Shown in pieces: positions 38,174 through 46,750 of a stretch of DNA of 64,000 bases. The position numbers and the translations under genes are program-made. The DNA is from a virus. The stretch's first letter is position 1. Every line of letters starts with the position of its first letter. The stretch lies in IMG/VR virus record IMGVR_UViG_3300022745_000020, positions 1-64,000 of that record; one strand, 5' to 3'. The notes beneath the pieces are model-generated. The model saw nothing but the letters and a program-made list of their open reading frames with translations, was not told where the DNA came from and searched no databases.

Positions 38174-40894
38174 TTACAGATTAGGGGTAGTGGGAGGCTC
38201 TTCACCCTCTTGAGTCTGATCTCCAGTATCTGCTGTGCCAGACTCATCAGTGGAGGTGGCATCTTCCCCACCTCCCATATCATCGAAGTTATCATCACCT
38301 GTACCAAAGTCATCTCCAGATGAGCCATTATCATCACCGCCACTGTTGTCCTCAGGTGGTGTAGGTGCTCCCAGCTTATCCAAGTCAGCCTGAGCCGCAT
38401 TGTTCACAGGAGTGAGCTTAGCCACACCCTTGACGCAAGAGCGTGTCATGAGTTCGGAGAACTTAGCCGTCTCCATAAACAGAGATACCTGAGGCTCTCC
38501 ATCCTCAGTGCTGGCCACCAAAGCGCTGAGCTCAGTGCCGATTCCCTTCTCAGCCATAAACTTGCGCATAAAGTAAGCCTTGATCTGAGCGCGAATCGCA
38601 TCAGCGTTGGCACTCAGTGCATCTGTGACGATGTACTGACTGATGTACGCGCCTTCGAGTACGCTGTCCAAGAAGTCAGAGTAATCTTTGACCAATTCAG
38701 CCTGACTGCCCAGAGAAGTCTTAGGGGGTTTGGGCAAGCAGATGTTGAGTCTTTGGATGAATTCACTCAATGCGCGAGTGACCTTATACTTTTTAAATTC
38801 TTCTTCACCATACTGAGCGATGAGCTCTTGTTCATCATCTCCTACGGTGTACTTGATGGAGTCTTTGCTCTCATTGACTTTGTCGTACATCCGCTCGACG
38901 ATGTCTTGAGAAAAAGTCAAGATCTTGCGATAGTGACTGGTCAAGAGCGGATTGAGAGTTTCTTGATACTGCACGATGCGCTTGGTGGTCAGTAAGTTAT
39001 TTTGCTGAGCCACTGTGGCGAATTCACTGCCCTGGCTGTTGTCCACCGTCTCAGGAGACAGCCCCAGCCCCATGATAGAGAGTTTGCGCAAGCCCTCAGT
39101 GAGATCACTGTCGGACTTGGGGTAGTTGGTGTTAGCTGACTCAAAATTAAACTTCAAGTCAGGTAAGTCTCCACCTTCGATCCCCCACTCAAAACTGGCC
39201 GATTGCAAGAAGTCCATGATGTCACTGGCACTCCAGCCACCAGCGAATGGCAGATCCAGACTACGCGAGCGGATGATGACGTCTTTAGCCTCCTCCATCG
39301 TAGCTACTGGATCGGGATCTTCCTCAGGCAGAGTCACATTCACACGAGTGCGACCGATGGAGTTTTTCACAGCACCTAAGACGTCTGAGAACATCAGCAT
39401 GACTCGCAGCGTATTGATCACGCTGTTGCTGTCAATCAAGCTCTCTCCTATGCCATCGCTGTTGTAGGCCAGCGTGATATAGGTCAGATAGTCTGCAGGG
39501 ATATACAGCAGCTGAGTGTACTTGCCCTTCAAAGACCTGCTGAGCATGAGGCGATAGGCCTCTTCACTCTGGGAGATCTGCACTGTGCTGGAGTGTACGC
39601 CATTTTTAATACGTGCGATCAAATCGCGCTCGAGCATATCCGAGTAGGCCTTGGCCATGAACTCCAAATGCATGCGCTTTCCGGGATCGAACGCATTGGT
39701 GTCAAAGCCAAAGTTGGTACCTGCTCGCTGCAGTAAATTGGTGGCCATCGAGTTGCGATTATTCGCATTAAACGAAGCCGCAGCAGTGCGATAAAAATCA
39801 TCGTTATTTTCTGCACTGATGGGGTTTCCCTCCTCATCGAGCAGTACGAAGTATGCGATGTGCTTATGTACGTCACCTGGCACATATACGGGCAGCACCG
39901 ATTCACTGGGCAGCTTCATGATCAGAGGTCTGCCCACACTCTTGCGAGTGAGTTCATGAGGCCTCTTCAGAGCCACCATAGGCTCTGAGTTGTTATGACG
40001 AGGTGTGAAGAGCTGATTAGAAATACTGCGATCGGAGATCTGGCGGATGGACTTGACCGTATTGACCGATTCCAGGGAGAAGCCTCCAGTGGCTTGACTG
40101 ATGGCCTCATGCACCTTCGTGCGACGCAGCTTATCGTAGAGCTTAGGGAACTTCAAGACCATGACGTTATCGGTCACGCTGACAAAGTCATCCTTAAAAA
40201 TGATGCCGTTCTTATTATCGAGCACCACTTGCCGATTGATATTCGCATGAGTGGTATTGAATGCTTCAAGTGTCAATCGAGCTCGAGTCGAAGGTGTGGG
40301 TGCATCGATACCAGGGCCTAGCAGACCTACTGGTCGGGGGGTCACCCCGTCGTCCATCACCAGAGTCTTCAGAGATTCAGCAGAGATGCGATAGCGATCG
40401 GCGTTGATCAGCGCATCGATGGCGTTCTCAGGAATCACCGCTACGGGGTGGGAGCCTTTTTCTGCAACGATGTCTCTCAAGATGATAGGGATTTGTTTCT
40501 TGATCTCGCAATCTTGCTCCAAGTACTTGCGAATCAACTCCACCAAAGTAGCGGTCAAATCACTCGTGAAGATCTCACTGTCGGGCTCATAGTGCAGCTC
40601 CACCGTGAGCATATCTGCAGGAGACATGATCGAAGATGTCAAGATCTGTACACTCAGCTCCTGATCCGGTAGCATCTTTAAGATGTTTTTCGAATCGCGA
40701 TTCCTGCGCGCGCGCTCAGTCAGGAGGGAATAAAATGACGAGACATTAGGGGCAGCGATATCTCGCTCACCCCTTTTGTTAAAGTGGGGTTGCTGATTGA
40801 CCCCACCTGGATTGAGCTTCGATAGGATCGCCAGCAGTTTAGGATCTACAGCCTTGACTGCATCCACATTGGCCAGTACTTTTGAACTTTTCAT
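38174..40894 (-). CDS. Portal protein (phiKZ gp129-like)
   Basis: LPD.EL..QIL.SSI.SP.D, IPE..ID.LIN, LP.ESV.PV..PG...HI.YFVLLDE.G.P, G.SPE.VD....EFAT, acidic C-tail, SLE/TLE cleavage-like motifs. Confidence 0.75.
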   Translation of the reverse strand: MKSSKVLANVDAVKAVDPKLLAILSKLNPGGVNQQPHFNKRGERDIAAPNVSSFYSLLTERARRNRDSKNILKMLPDQELSVQILTSSIMSPADMLTVELHYEPDSEIFTSDLTATLVELIRKYLEQDCEIKKQIPIILRDIVAEKGSHPVAVIPENAIDALINADRYRISAESLKTLVMDDGVTPRPVGLLGPGIDAPTPSTRARLTLEAFNTTHANINRQVVLDNKNGIIFKDDFVSVTDNVMVLKFPKLYDKLRRTKVHEAISQATGGFSLESVNTVKSIRQISDRSISNQLFTPRHNNSEPMVALKRPHELTRKSVGRPLIMKLPSESVLPVYVPGDVHKHIAYFVLLDEEGNPISAENNDDFYRTAAASFNANNRNSMATNLLQRAGTNFGFDTNAFDPGKRMHLEFMAKAYSDMLERDLIARIKNGVHSSTVQISQSEEAYRLMLSRSLKGKYTQLLYIPADYLTYITLAYNSDGIGESLIDSNSVINTLRVMLMFSDVLGAVKNSIGRTRVNVTLPEEDPDPVATMEEAKDVIIRSRSLDLPFAGGWSASDIMDFLQSASFEWGIEGGDLPDLKFNFESANTNYPKSDSDLTEGLRKLSIMGLGLSPETVDNSQGSEFATVAQQNNLLTTKRIVQYQETLNPLLTSHYRKILTFSQDIVERMYDKVNESKDSIKYTVGDDEQELIAQYGEEEFKKYKVTRALSEFIQRLNICLPKPPKTSLGSQAELVKDYSDFLDSVLEGAYISQYIVTDALSANADAIRAQIKAYFMRKFMAEKGIGTELSALVASTEDGEPQVSLFMETAKFSELMTRSCVKGVAKLTPVNNAAQADLDKLGAPTPPEDNSGGDDNGSSGDDFGTGDDNFDDMGGGEDATSTDESGTADTGDQTQEGEEPPTTPNL

Positions 40895-40939
40895 CTTGAC
40901 CTTCTTTCCATTGTCCGAAGAACTTCTTTGAGGCCACAC

Positions 40940-43132
40940 ATGCGCAGCATCAACAACTATTACACTCTGTACATTGAATCTGTGTTGGCGTTAGCTAAGA
41001 CCATGGTTATTAAACTCTCCGATCTGGCACAAGCCATCAACATCGGAGTCATGACCAATTACCCAACTTATCCAATCGATCTCACAGATCCCACCAGTTG
41101 GAAATACTATCGCAACATCAGTGGGTTATATCACCCCACTGATACCGTGATGACTGTCGTATCACTGGATGATCTATCCACGATTACTTTTGATAAGTCC
41201 ACTCTGAGGTCTCACCCTCAGACTAAAAAGGCCTATGAGCACGGAAGCACCTACTACAACGATTTGATCAGTCGCTATCCACAAAACAAAGTATTGATCT
41301 TAGGCATACTCTATGCGCCCGATGATGCATCGTTTTTGCAGTATGCCTGCGATTGCGATACAGGCACCATCTTGTACTACCCAGCTAAGTATGTGGAAGA
41401 CACTGAGCCGTCTTTGATGCTCAAGCTACAAGAGCGAGTCAGCATCTACTGCAGAAAGTGGATCAACCAAGGCTACTCACTTATCGATGACCTCTACCCA
41501 GCTATGCAGTATGCTCAATTGAGTTTGCATCTGGTACCTGCCATTATCGTCACTCGGCGCAGTCTATGTAAGACCTCTCAGGTGCACAGCTACCACATCA
41601 AGCAGTACCTGGCCTCTAATGGTCAACTCGATATCTATCTGAACTACCTCACTCGAGCGCAAGCTCTATTTCTGTATAGAAACTTAGCCTATATCAGAAA
41701 CAATGTCGGGCGAGCAGAGGTCTTTGATTGGCTGGTGCAAAACATCATGACAGCCAGAGACTTGCCACTGTACTCGTACACCATCAAACACGATACCTAT
41801 GTACAGCTGCCCGATGCACAAAACCCCAATCGCCTCTCATTGACCCCAGGCATCACCTTAAAGAGATCGGCAATTAATTTTCAAGACAGTGACGTCTTGA
41901 AACTCGACATCGATCTACCTCGATTACAAGTCAAGCTCGATACAGCTGCGTCTGGCAACCAACTCATGCGAGTGTACCGAGATCGCAATCTGACGCAAAG
42001 ATTCGAGCAAGCCAAATCCAACGTCACACTGTCTAAGGTCGTGGAGTCTAACGCACTGGACTGGAGTGAAGATCACGTCTATAGACTAGAGGATCTGCTA
42101 TTTAGCCAGTGGATGAGCACTGCGCATGATGGGCGCTATATCACCACCATCTCCCCTACGATCAACGGGGTGCAACTGGCTTCTGCACTGAGTGCTCGCG
42201 ATACCGCTATTTTATTTAACTACTGTGTCAACCGCATCACTGGGTCCACAGACGATCGCATCACGCCAGTGGTAGTGTCTCACTGTCTAAGATACCCCTT
42301 ACCTACTGGGCAAGAAATTGATGCACAGTACTGGAGACGCTATCTCAGTGATACGGATATCTCCGACATTATCTCTAAGATCCCCACTCAAGTCAATGTC
42401 TACAATGTAGCGGACTTCTACAGCTTCACCCACAGGCTCTACAGTGCTGTGCTGGACCAATACAAGATCTACAGCTACTGGAAACAAATCGATCACAGTA
42501 CAGCTGGGAAGATGCTCAGTTTGTTGTGTTTCGAGGATCGTGTCTTGGATCTAGCGCCTGCAAAGACCTATACTCAATGGCTCAACGAGAAGAACTTGAA
42601 CCTCTCGGATATGAGCAAGTCCCAGTATCTGGAATTAGCTTCGAGTATATTTGATCAGATCACGGGCTACAGTCTCTACAAGAGTCTATCGATCAAAGAC
42701 GTCCAAAAAGCCATGTTGGGCGTACTGAGCAGACTCAGCGCATACAGTACTTTGTTTATCGATGATGTCTCCTACCTACCAGTGACCACCGCGGGTAACG
42801 AGTTGATCAAGAGTTTCCCTTACCCGGGATTAGATGTCAGCGAAGAAGTCACAGAGATCCCCGTCATGGATCTTACGACCGTTCGCTCTTATGGGGATGA
42901 TTTGGATACACTGACCCTGCAGCGCATCATCCCCAGTGGGTTTGCCACTCAAGCCAGTGATAAGAGTGCTTTATATGAACATTTGCTACAATACTCCACC
43001 GATGGAGTCAGCAGTGATGTATCGGATACTTATAATCGATCCATCGTGATACTCTCCAGTGATGAGGATATTCTGGCTCGATATAATGCATTGTCTAACA
43101 GCGAAAAATTAGTGCTCAGCGGCATCTATTGA
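40940..43132 (+). CDS. Virion structural protein (phiKZ gp128-like)
   Basis: P.SWKYY.NISG.YH.TD..M.V.SLD, HSYHI..YL.S, L.LYRN..YI..N.G. Divergent from the portal. Confidence 0.72.
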   Translation: MRSINNYYTLYIESVLALAKTMVIKLSDLAQAINIGVMTNYPTYPIDLTDPTSWKYYRNISGLYHPTDTVMTVVSLDDLSTITFDKSTLRSHPQTKKAYEHGSTYYNDLISRYPQNKVLILGILYAPDDASFLQYACDCDTGTILYYPAKYVEDTEPSLMLKLQERVSIYCRKWINQGYSLIDDLYPAMQYAQLSLHLVPAIIVTRRSLCKTSQVHSYHIKQYLASNGQLDIYLNYLTRAQALFLYRNLAYIRNNVGRAEVFDWLVQNIMTARDLPLYSYTIKHDTYVQLPDAQNPNRLSLTPGITLKRSAINFQDSDVLKLDIDLPRLQVKLDTAASGNQLMRVYRDRNLTQRFEQAKSNVTLSKVVESNALDWSEDHVYRLEDLLFSQWMSTAHDGRYITTISPTINGVQLASALSARDTAILFNYCVNRITGSTDDRITPVVVSHCLRYPLPTGQEIDAQYWRRYLSDTDISDIISKIPTQVNVYNVADFYSFTHRLYSAVLDQYKIYSYWKQIDHSTAGKMLSLLCFEDRVLDLAPAKTYTQWLNEKNLNLSDMSKSQYLELASSIFDQITGYSLYKSLSIKDVQKAMLGVLSRLSAYSTLFIDDVSYLPVTTAGNELIKSFPYPGLDVSEEVTEIPVMDLTTVRSYGDDLDTLTLQRIIPSGFATQASDKSALYEHLLQYSTDGVSSDVSDTYNRSIVILSSDEDILARYNALSNSEKLVLSGIY

Positions 43133-43186
43133 ATCACTTACTGGGCATAATCGCCTTTATCTACTCACCCTCTCACGGAGTCTTTT

Positions 43187-44020
43187 ATGGAAAATGTGGT
43201 CCCCACGATCTATGGCGCGCACTTGCAGACTGCGCAATTTCATCAACTGCCCTACGTGGTACTACCTTACACCACACTCAACGAAAAACTGGGTGTGCAG
43301 TCCGGTGTGGCTCAGCCCACAGGATCCTACCCCAGTGTGAAGTACTTTGCTGTAGGCAATGGGGGACACTCCTTCACCTCGGGAGCCGATGGGATCCCCA
43401 CGCCCAGCCTGTATCAGCACGCGAGCTCCGATGCATCGCTGTTTTCTCAACTGCCGTTTGTCATTCGCGCACAAGGCGATGACATCACGCCAGCAATGCG
43501 CGCGAACTACGCACTGCGAAAAGAAATCACCATCGCAGGTAGCGCCTACATCGCCTACTACCTGCGCCGCATCGATATGTCGGCTGTGGCCATCTCACTG
43601 CAAAATGTAGGTGCCAATAACGCCATCACTGCGTTTACACCCACAGCCGATAACCTCTCACCCACCCCTACGCTGCTGTCCACCACCAACGTCAACGTAC
43701 TGGCTGATGTGTATCTGCGCTGCACAGCTCCTCTGTCGGTGGGAATGACGGCAGGTGAGACCACTGAGTTTCTCAATGCCACTCGACTGCTCTATGGGGA
43801 CGATAGCAAGGCGATCATCTCTGAGATGGCCATGTGCAGTGGCTATGATAAGACCATCACGATCACCTCTGGTGCAGGCAGCTTTAACTTCAATGAGGCC
43901 ATCTGTGTCCAGCCCGTATCATTCATCTCAGACTTCCGTGCGATGTCATTTAACACACTGGGATTTACCAAGCAGATCAACAGCGCTGCGTCGACTCCGC
44001 TGTACATCACTAAAGCTTAA
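43187..44020 (+). CDS. Conserved phiKZ-like virion structural protein
   Basis: TTLNEK, YFA.GNGGH, LPFV.R...DD, Y.LR......Y.AYYL, AIISE...CSG.D. Confidence 0.72.
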   Translation: MENVVPTIYGAHLQTAQFHQLPYVVLPYTTLNEKLGVQSGVAQPTGSYPSVKYFAVGNGGHSFTSGADGIPTPSLYQHASSDASLFSQLPFVIRAQGDDITPAMRANYALRKEITIAGSAYIAYYLRRIDMSAVAISLQNVGANNAITAFTPTADNLSPTPTLLSTTNVNVLADVYLRCTAPLSVGMTAGETTEFLNATRLLYGDDSKAIISEMAMCSGYDKTITITSGAGSFNFNEAICVQPVSFISDFRAMSFNTLGFTKQINSAASTPLYITKA

Positions 44021-44034
44021 CTCTTCCAAATGTG

Positions 44035-44607
44035 ATGCTATACGTACCACCGTCTGAGCGTACAGTGGTGATCTGTGGGATAGACCCTGGCACCAACACA
44101 CTGGGCTGCGCGCTGCTGGAGGTGGATATCGACACACTGGCGATACAGTCCATCTACACCCACACCTATGTGGGAGAGACGCTATCGCACAGCGACAGCC
44201 TAGTGACTCACTATGGGGATCGGATGGCCAGACTCGATGCACTCAGGCAGAGCCTGTGGCACATCTTTGAGTCATCCAGACCCCTATATGTGGGATGTGA
44301 AGCCCCCTTTATCAATGTCAGACGCCCACAGGCCTATGGGGCTCTGGTCGAAGCCGTCGGTGCAGTACAAGCTGCCGTGATCGCCTATGATGTCAGGACC
44401 GTCTTTAGACTCGTGGCGCCTATGCTGGTGAAGACTGCAGTCAAAGCCAAAAGCAGTGCAGATAAAGACGGAGTATGGACAGCCATGCAAGCCATACCTG
44501 AGATAGCCCAAGCCCTCAGGGGGTTTCGCCCCGATGAGCACAGTGTGGATGCCATCGCAGTGGCCTACTATGTACTCAATCAACTGCGCACGAATCCTCA
44601 ATATTGA
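44035..44607 (+). CDS. RuvC-like Holliday junction resolvase
   Basis: GIDPGT...G, E.PF, P..VK, EH..DAIAVA. Confidence 0.85.
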   Translation: MLYVPPSERTVVICGIDPGTNTLGCALLEVDIDTLAIQSIYTHTYVGETLSHSDSLVTHYGDRMARLDALRQSLWHIFESSRPLYVGCEAPFINVRRPQAYGALVEAVGAVQAAVIAYDVRTVFRLVAPMLVKTAVKAKSSADKDGVWTAMQAIPEIAQALRGFRPDEHSVDAIAVAYYVLNQLRTNPQY

Positions 44608-44627
44608 ACTATATGCGCAGCATAGAC

Positions 44628-44661
44628 CCCTCTACACTACAGGCACCTGTAGTGTAGAGGG
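44628..44661. terminator. Intergenic palindrome (CTACAC family)
   Basis: ccctctacactacagg-ca-cctgtagtgtagaggg. Confidence 0.7.
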
Positions 44662-44706
44662 AGGATGGTTATATAACCTCTAAAGATAAACACCTAGGAG
44701 CCCAGC

Positions 44707-45384
44707 ATGAAACCCTTTGACTATTCTTTCTTCTCGTTTCTCTCCACGCACGACAAGCACCACCGTCAGCAGCCAGAGGAGCCGAGCGTGAGCCCTGAGC
44801 AAAAACCCGTCCACCGTTATGGGGATATGACGATCAATCCCCATGAAGTCGACTTGGCCAATGGTGGCGGCGTGAGGGTCTTTCCCGATAGTGTACCTCG
44901 CTACTATAACCCAGACAGCGCCTACTATAAGGCCATAGCCGCCTGCGCTCAGAAAAAGATCGATGAGAACACACCTGAGCCCACCACACTGCAGCAAATC
45001 ACTCAGAAAGCAACTGTTATGGCTCAATGTGTTTTGTCATGGCTGGCTCAGTATGCCTACTTGATCATTTTCTTGCAAGTCATGCTGGCTGGGTCGATCT
45101 TTGCTGCTCAAGTCAACACCTTAATGACTCAGCGAAACACTCAGCTCAGTCAACAAGCCCAAGCAATCGGCATCAAGACCACAGCAGTGGCTACAGCTGC
45201 CATACAAGCTAAAGACACCCAAGATCTCTCAGACATCGTGGGGCTCAGAGTACAGACCAAAATCGCACACCTCAATGCAATCGGTCAAGAAAATCAACAG
45301 CTGATCAACCAAGCCACGCAACTGCAACAAAAGATCTCAGCACTACAAGCTAAGATGAATAAAGTCAAAGATAGCACCTCATGA
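44707..45384 (+). CDS. Membrane protein with C-terminal coiled coil
   Basis: AGGAG SD, central TM helix, Gln-rich heptads. Confidence 0.7.
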   Translation: MKPFDYSFFSFLSTHDKHHRQQPEEPSVSPEQKPVHRYGDMTINPHEVDLANGGGVRVFPDSVPRYYNPDSAYYKAIAACAQKKIDENTPEPTTLQQITQKATVMAQCVLSWLAQYAYLIIFLQVMLAGSIFAAQVNTLMTQRNTQLSQQAQAIGIKTTAVATAAIQAKDTQDLSDIVGLRVQTKIAHLNAIGQENQQLINQATQLQQKISALQAKMNKVKDSTS

Positions 45385-45701
45385 AAACCAAACTCTACTA
45401 CAGCTTAGCCATCTGGCTGACACTGGCACTGCTGCTGGGATTATCATCTCACCAGTATCGTCAATCCAATCGAGACAGTCAGCGTGAGTACACCGCAGCA
45501 GCACATGCGCTGGACGTGCAATATGCTCAACTCATCCAACAAAAGACCGCACTCGAAGCTCAGATCTCCACCGATCGACAAAAGATCATCGAGTATGGGG
45601 CACTGATCAATGACATCGACGCGTACAATCGTCAACTATCTGCTTCTATCTTCTCTAACAAACGACGACTCAACAGTCTCATGCATCGTCAGCAAATCTA
45701 G
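45381..45701 (+). CDS. Small membrane-anchored coiled-coil protein
   Basis: ATGA overlap, N-terminal TM helix. Confidence 0.65.
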   Translation: MKTKLYYSLAIWLTLALLLGLSSHQYRQSNRDSQREYTAAAHALDVQYAQLIQQKTALEAQISTDRQKIIEYGALINDIDAYNRQLSASIFSNKRRLNSLMHRQQI

Positions 45702-45785
45702 CTGAAAACGTAACAGGGTGACGCGAATCCAGTGAGTGGGTGGGTATGCCACCCTCTATAACTTAAAAACGTTCAAAGGTCGCCC

Positions 45786-46022
45786 ATGGTCTCGCGTCGA
45801 AAACCCGTCACCAGTACAGAGACAGCCCTGCAAAGACAACGTTACCGTTTTATCTTATCGGTACTATTCACCTCCACGATTTGCTTGTCTTTGTTTCTGT
45901 ATGTGATCGCTCACATTTACTTGATGGTCACCAGTGACCACCCGAGTAATACCGATATCAGTAAAGATATTTTTTCGAGTTTCCTCTCCACACTCAAACT
46001 GATCATAGGAGCTGGTGCATGA
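45786..46022 (+). CDS. Small membrane protein
   Basis: Single TM helix, stop overlaps the next start. Confidence 0.65.
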   Translation: MVSRRKPVTSTETALQRQRYRFILSVLFTSTICLSLFLYVIAHIYLMVTSDHPSNTDISKDIFSSFLSTLKLIIGAGA

Positions 46023-46633
46023 ATCTATTAGAATTATCCGGCTTGCGCTTAGCTAGTGAGGCTGAGCAGAGCACTGGGGTTTTCAATGTAGAGCGTGAGC
46101 GTGTATACTACGCTCGACTCAAAGATACATCTGTCCTCAAGCGTGCCTATAAAAGCGAGTACCATGAGCAGTTTCAAGTCAAGCTCGAAGGTGATACGAA
46201 TACCCGTTTGCGGGTGAGAAAGACCATCGAGCAAGGTGACTTCATCGACTACGTGATGACGGTGAAAGTCGATCAAGATACTCAAGATGGAATCACTGCA
46301 GCCAAACAAACGGCTGTACAGGTGTCGCCAGATATGTTCCATATGCTGCTGCTGGCCAGTGGCGGTATGGGCATGCGCAAGAAGCGCTATCTATTTAGAG
46401 TAGATGGATTGCCTCAAGCACTGGAAGTCGATGTCTTTGTCGACGCACAAGGCAGTCCCACCAGTGATTGGGTAAAGGTCGACTATGAGCCCAAAGCCGA
46501 TGAAGCTCCCAGCCAGACAGATCTACTGACTTTATTTAATAGAGTCATTGATGGAGCTAAGCAATCTGTAGATGAATGTAAGATCATCGATCAACTCTAC
46601 AAGGACGTCTTCATCACGGACTTGAGGCCGTAA
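46019..46633 (+). CDS. CYTH-like (triphosphate tunnel) protein
   Basis: ExE-like NVERER, RLRVRK, TVK, KKRY.F, EVDVF, KVDYE. Confidence 0.7.
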   Translation: MNLLELSGLRLASEAEQSTGVFNVERERVYYARLKDTSVLKRAYKSEYHEQFQVKLEGDTNTRLRVRKTIEQGDFIDYVMTVKVDQDTQDGITAAKQTAVQVSPDMFHMLLLASGGMGMRKKRYLFRVDGLPQALEVDVFVDAQGSPTSDWVKVDYEPKADEAPSQTDLLTLFNRVIDGAKQSVDECKIIDQLYKDVFITDLRP

Positions 46634-46652
46634 GTTCCCATACAGTCACCAT

Positions 46653-46704
46653 GAGCTTACACGACTGAAGATGGTCGTGTAAGCTCTCACTTTTTTCTTT
46701 TTTC
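46653..46704 (+). terminator. Terminator hairpin
   Basis: gagcttacacgac...gtcgtgtaagctc followed by a T tract. Confidence 0.8.
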
Positions 46705-46750
46705 TCCCACTCCTTTTAAATCGATTGACATAGACACTAGGAGCTCTACG

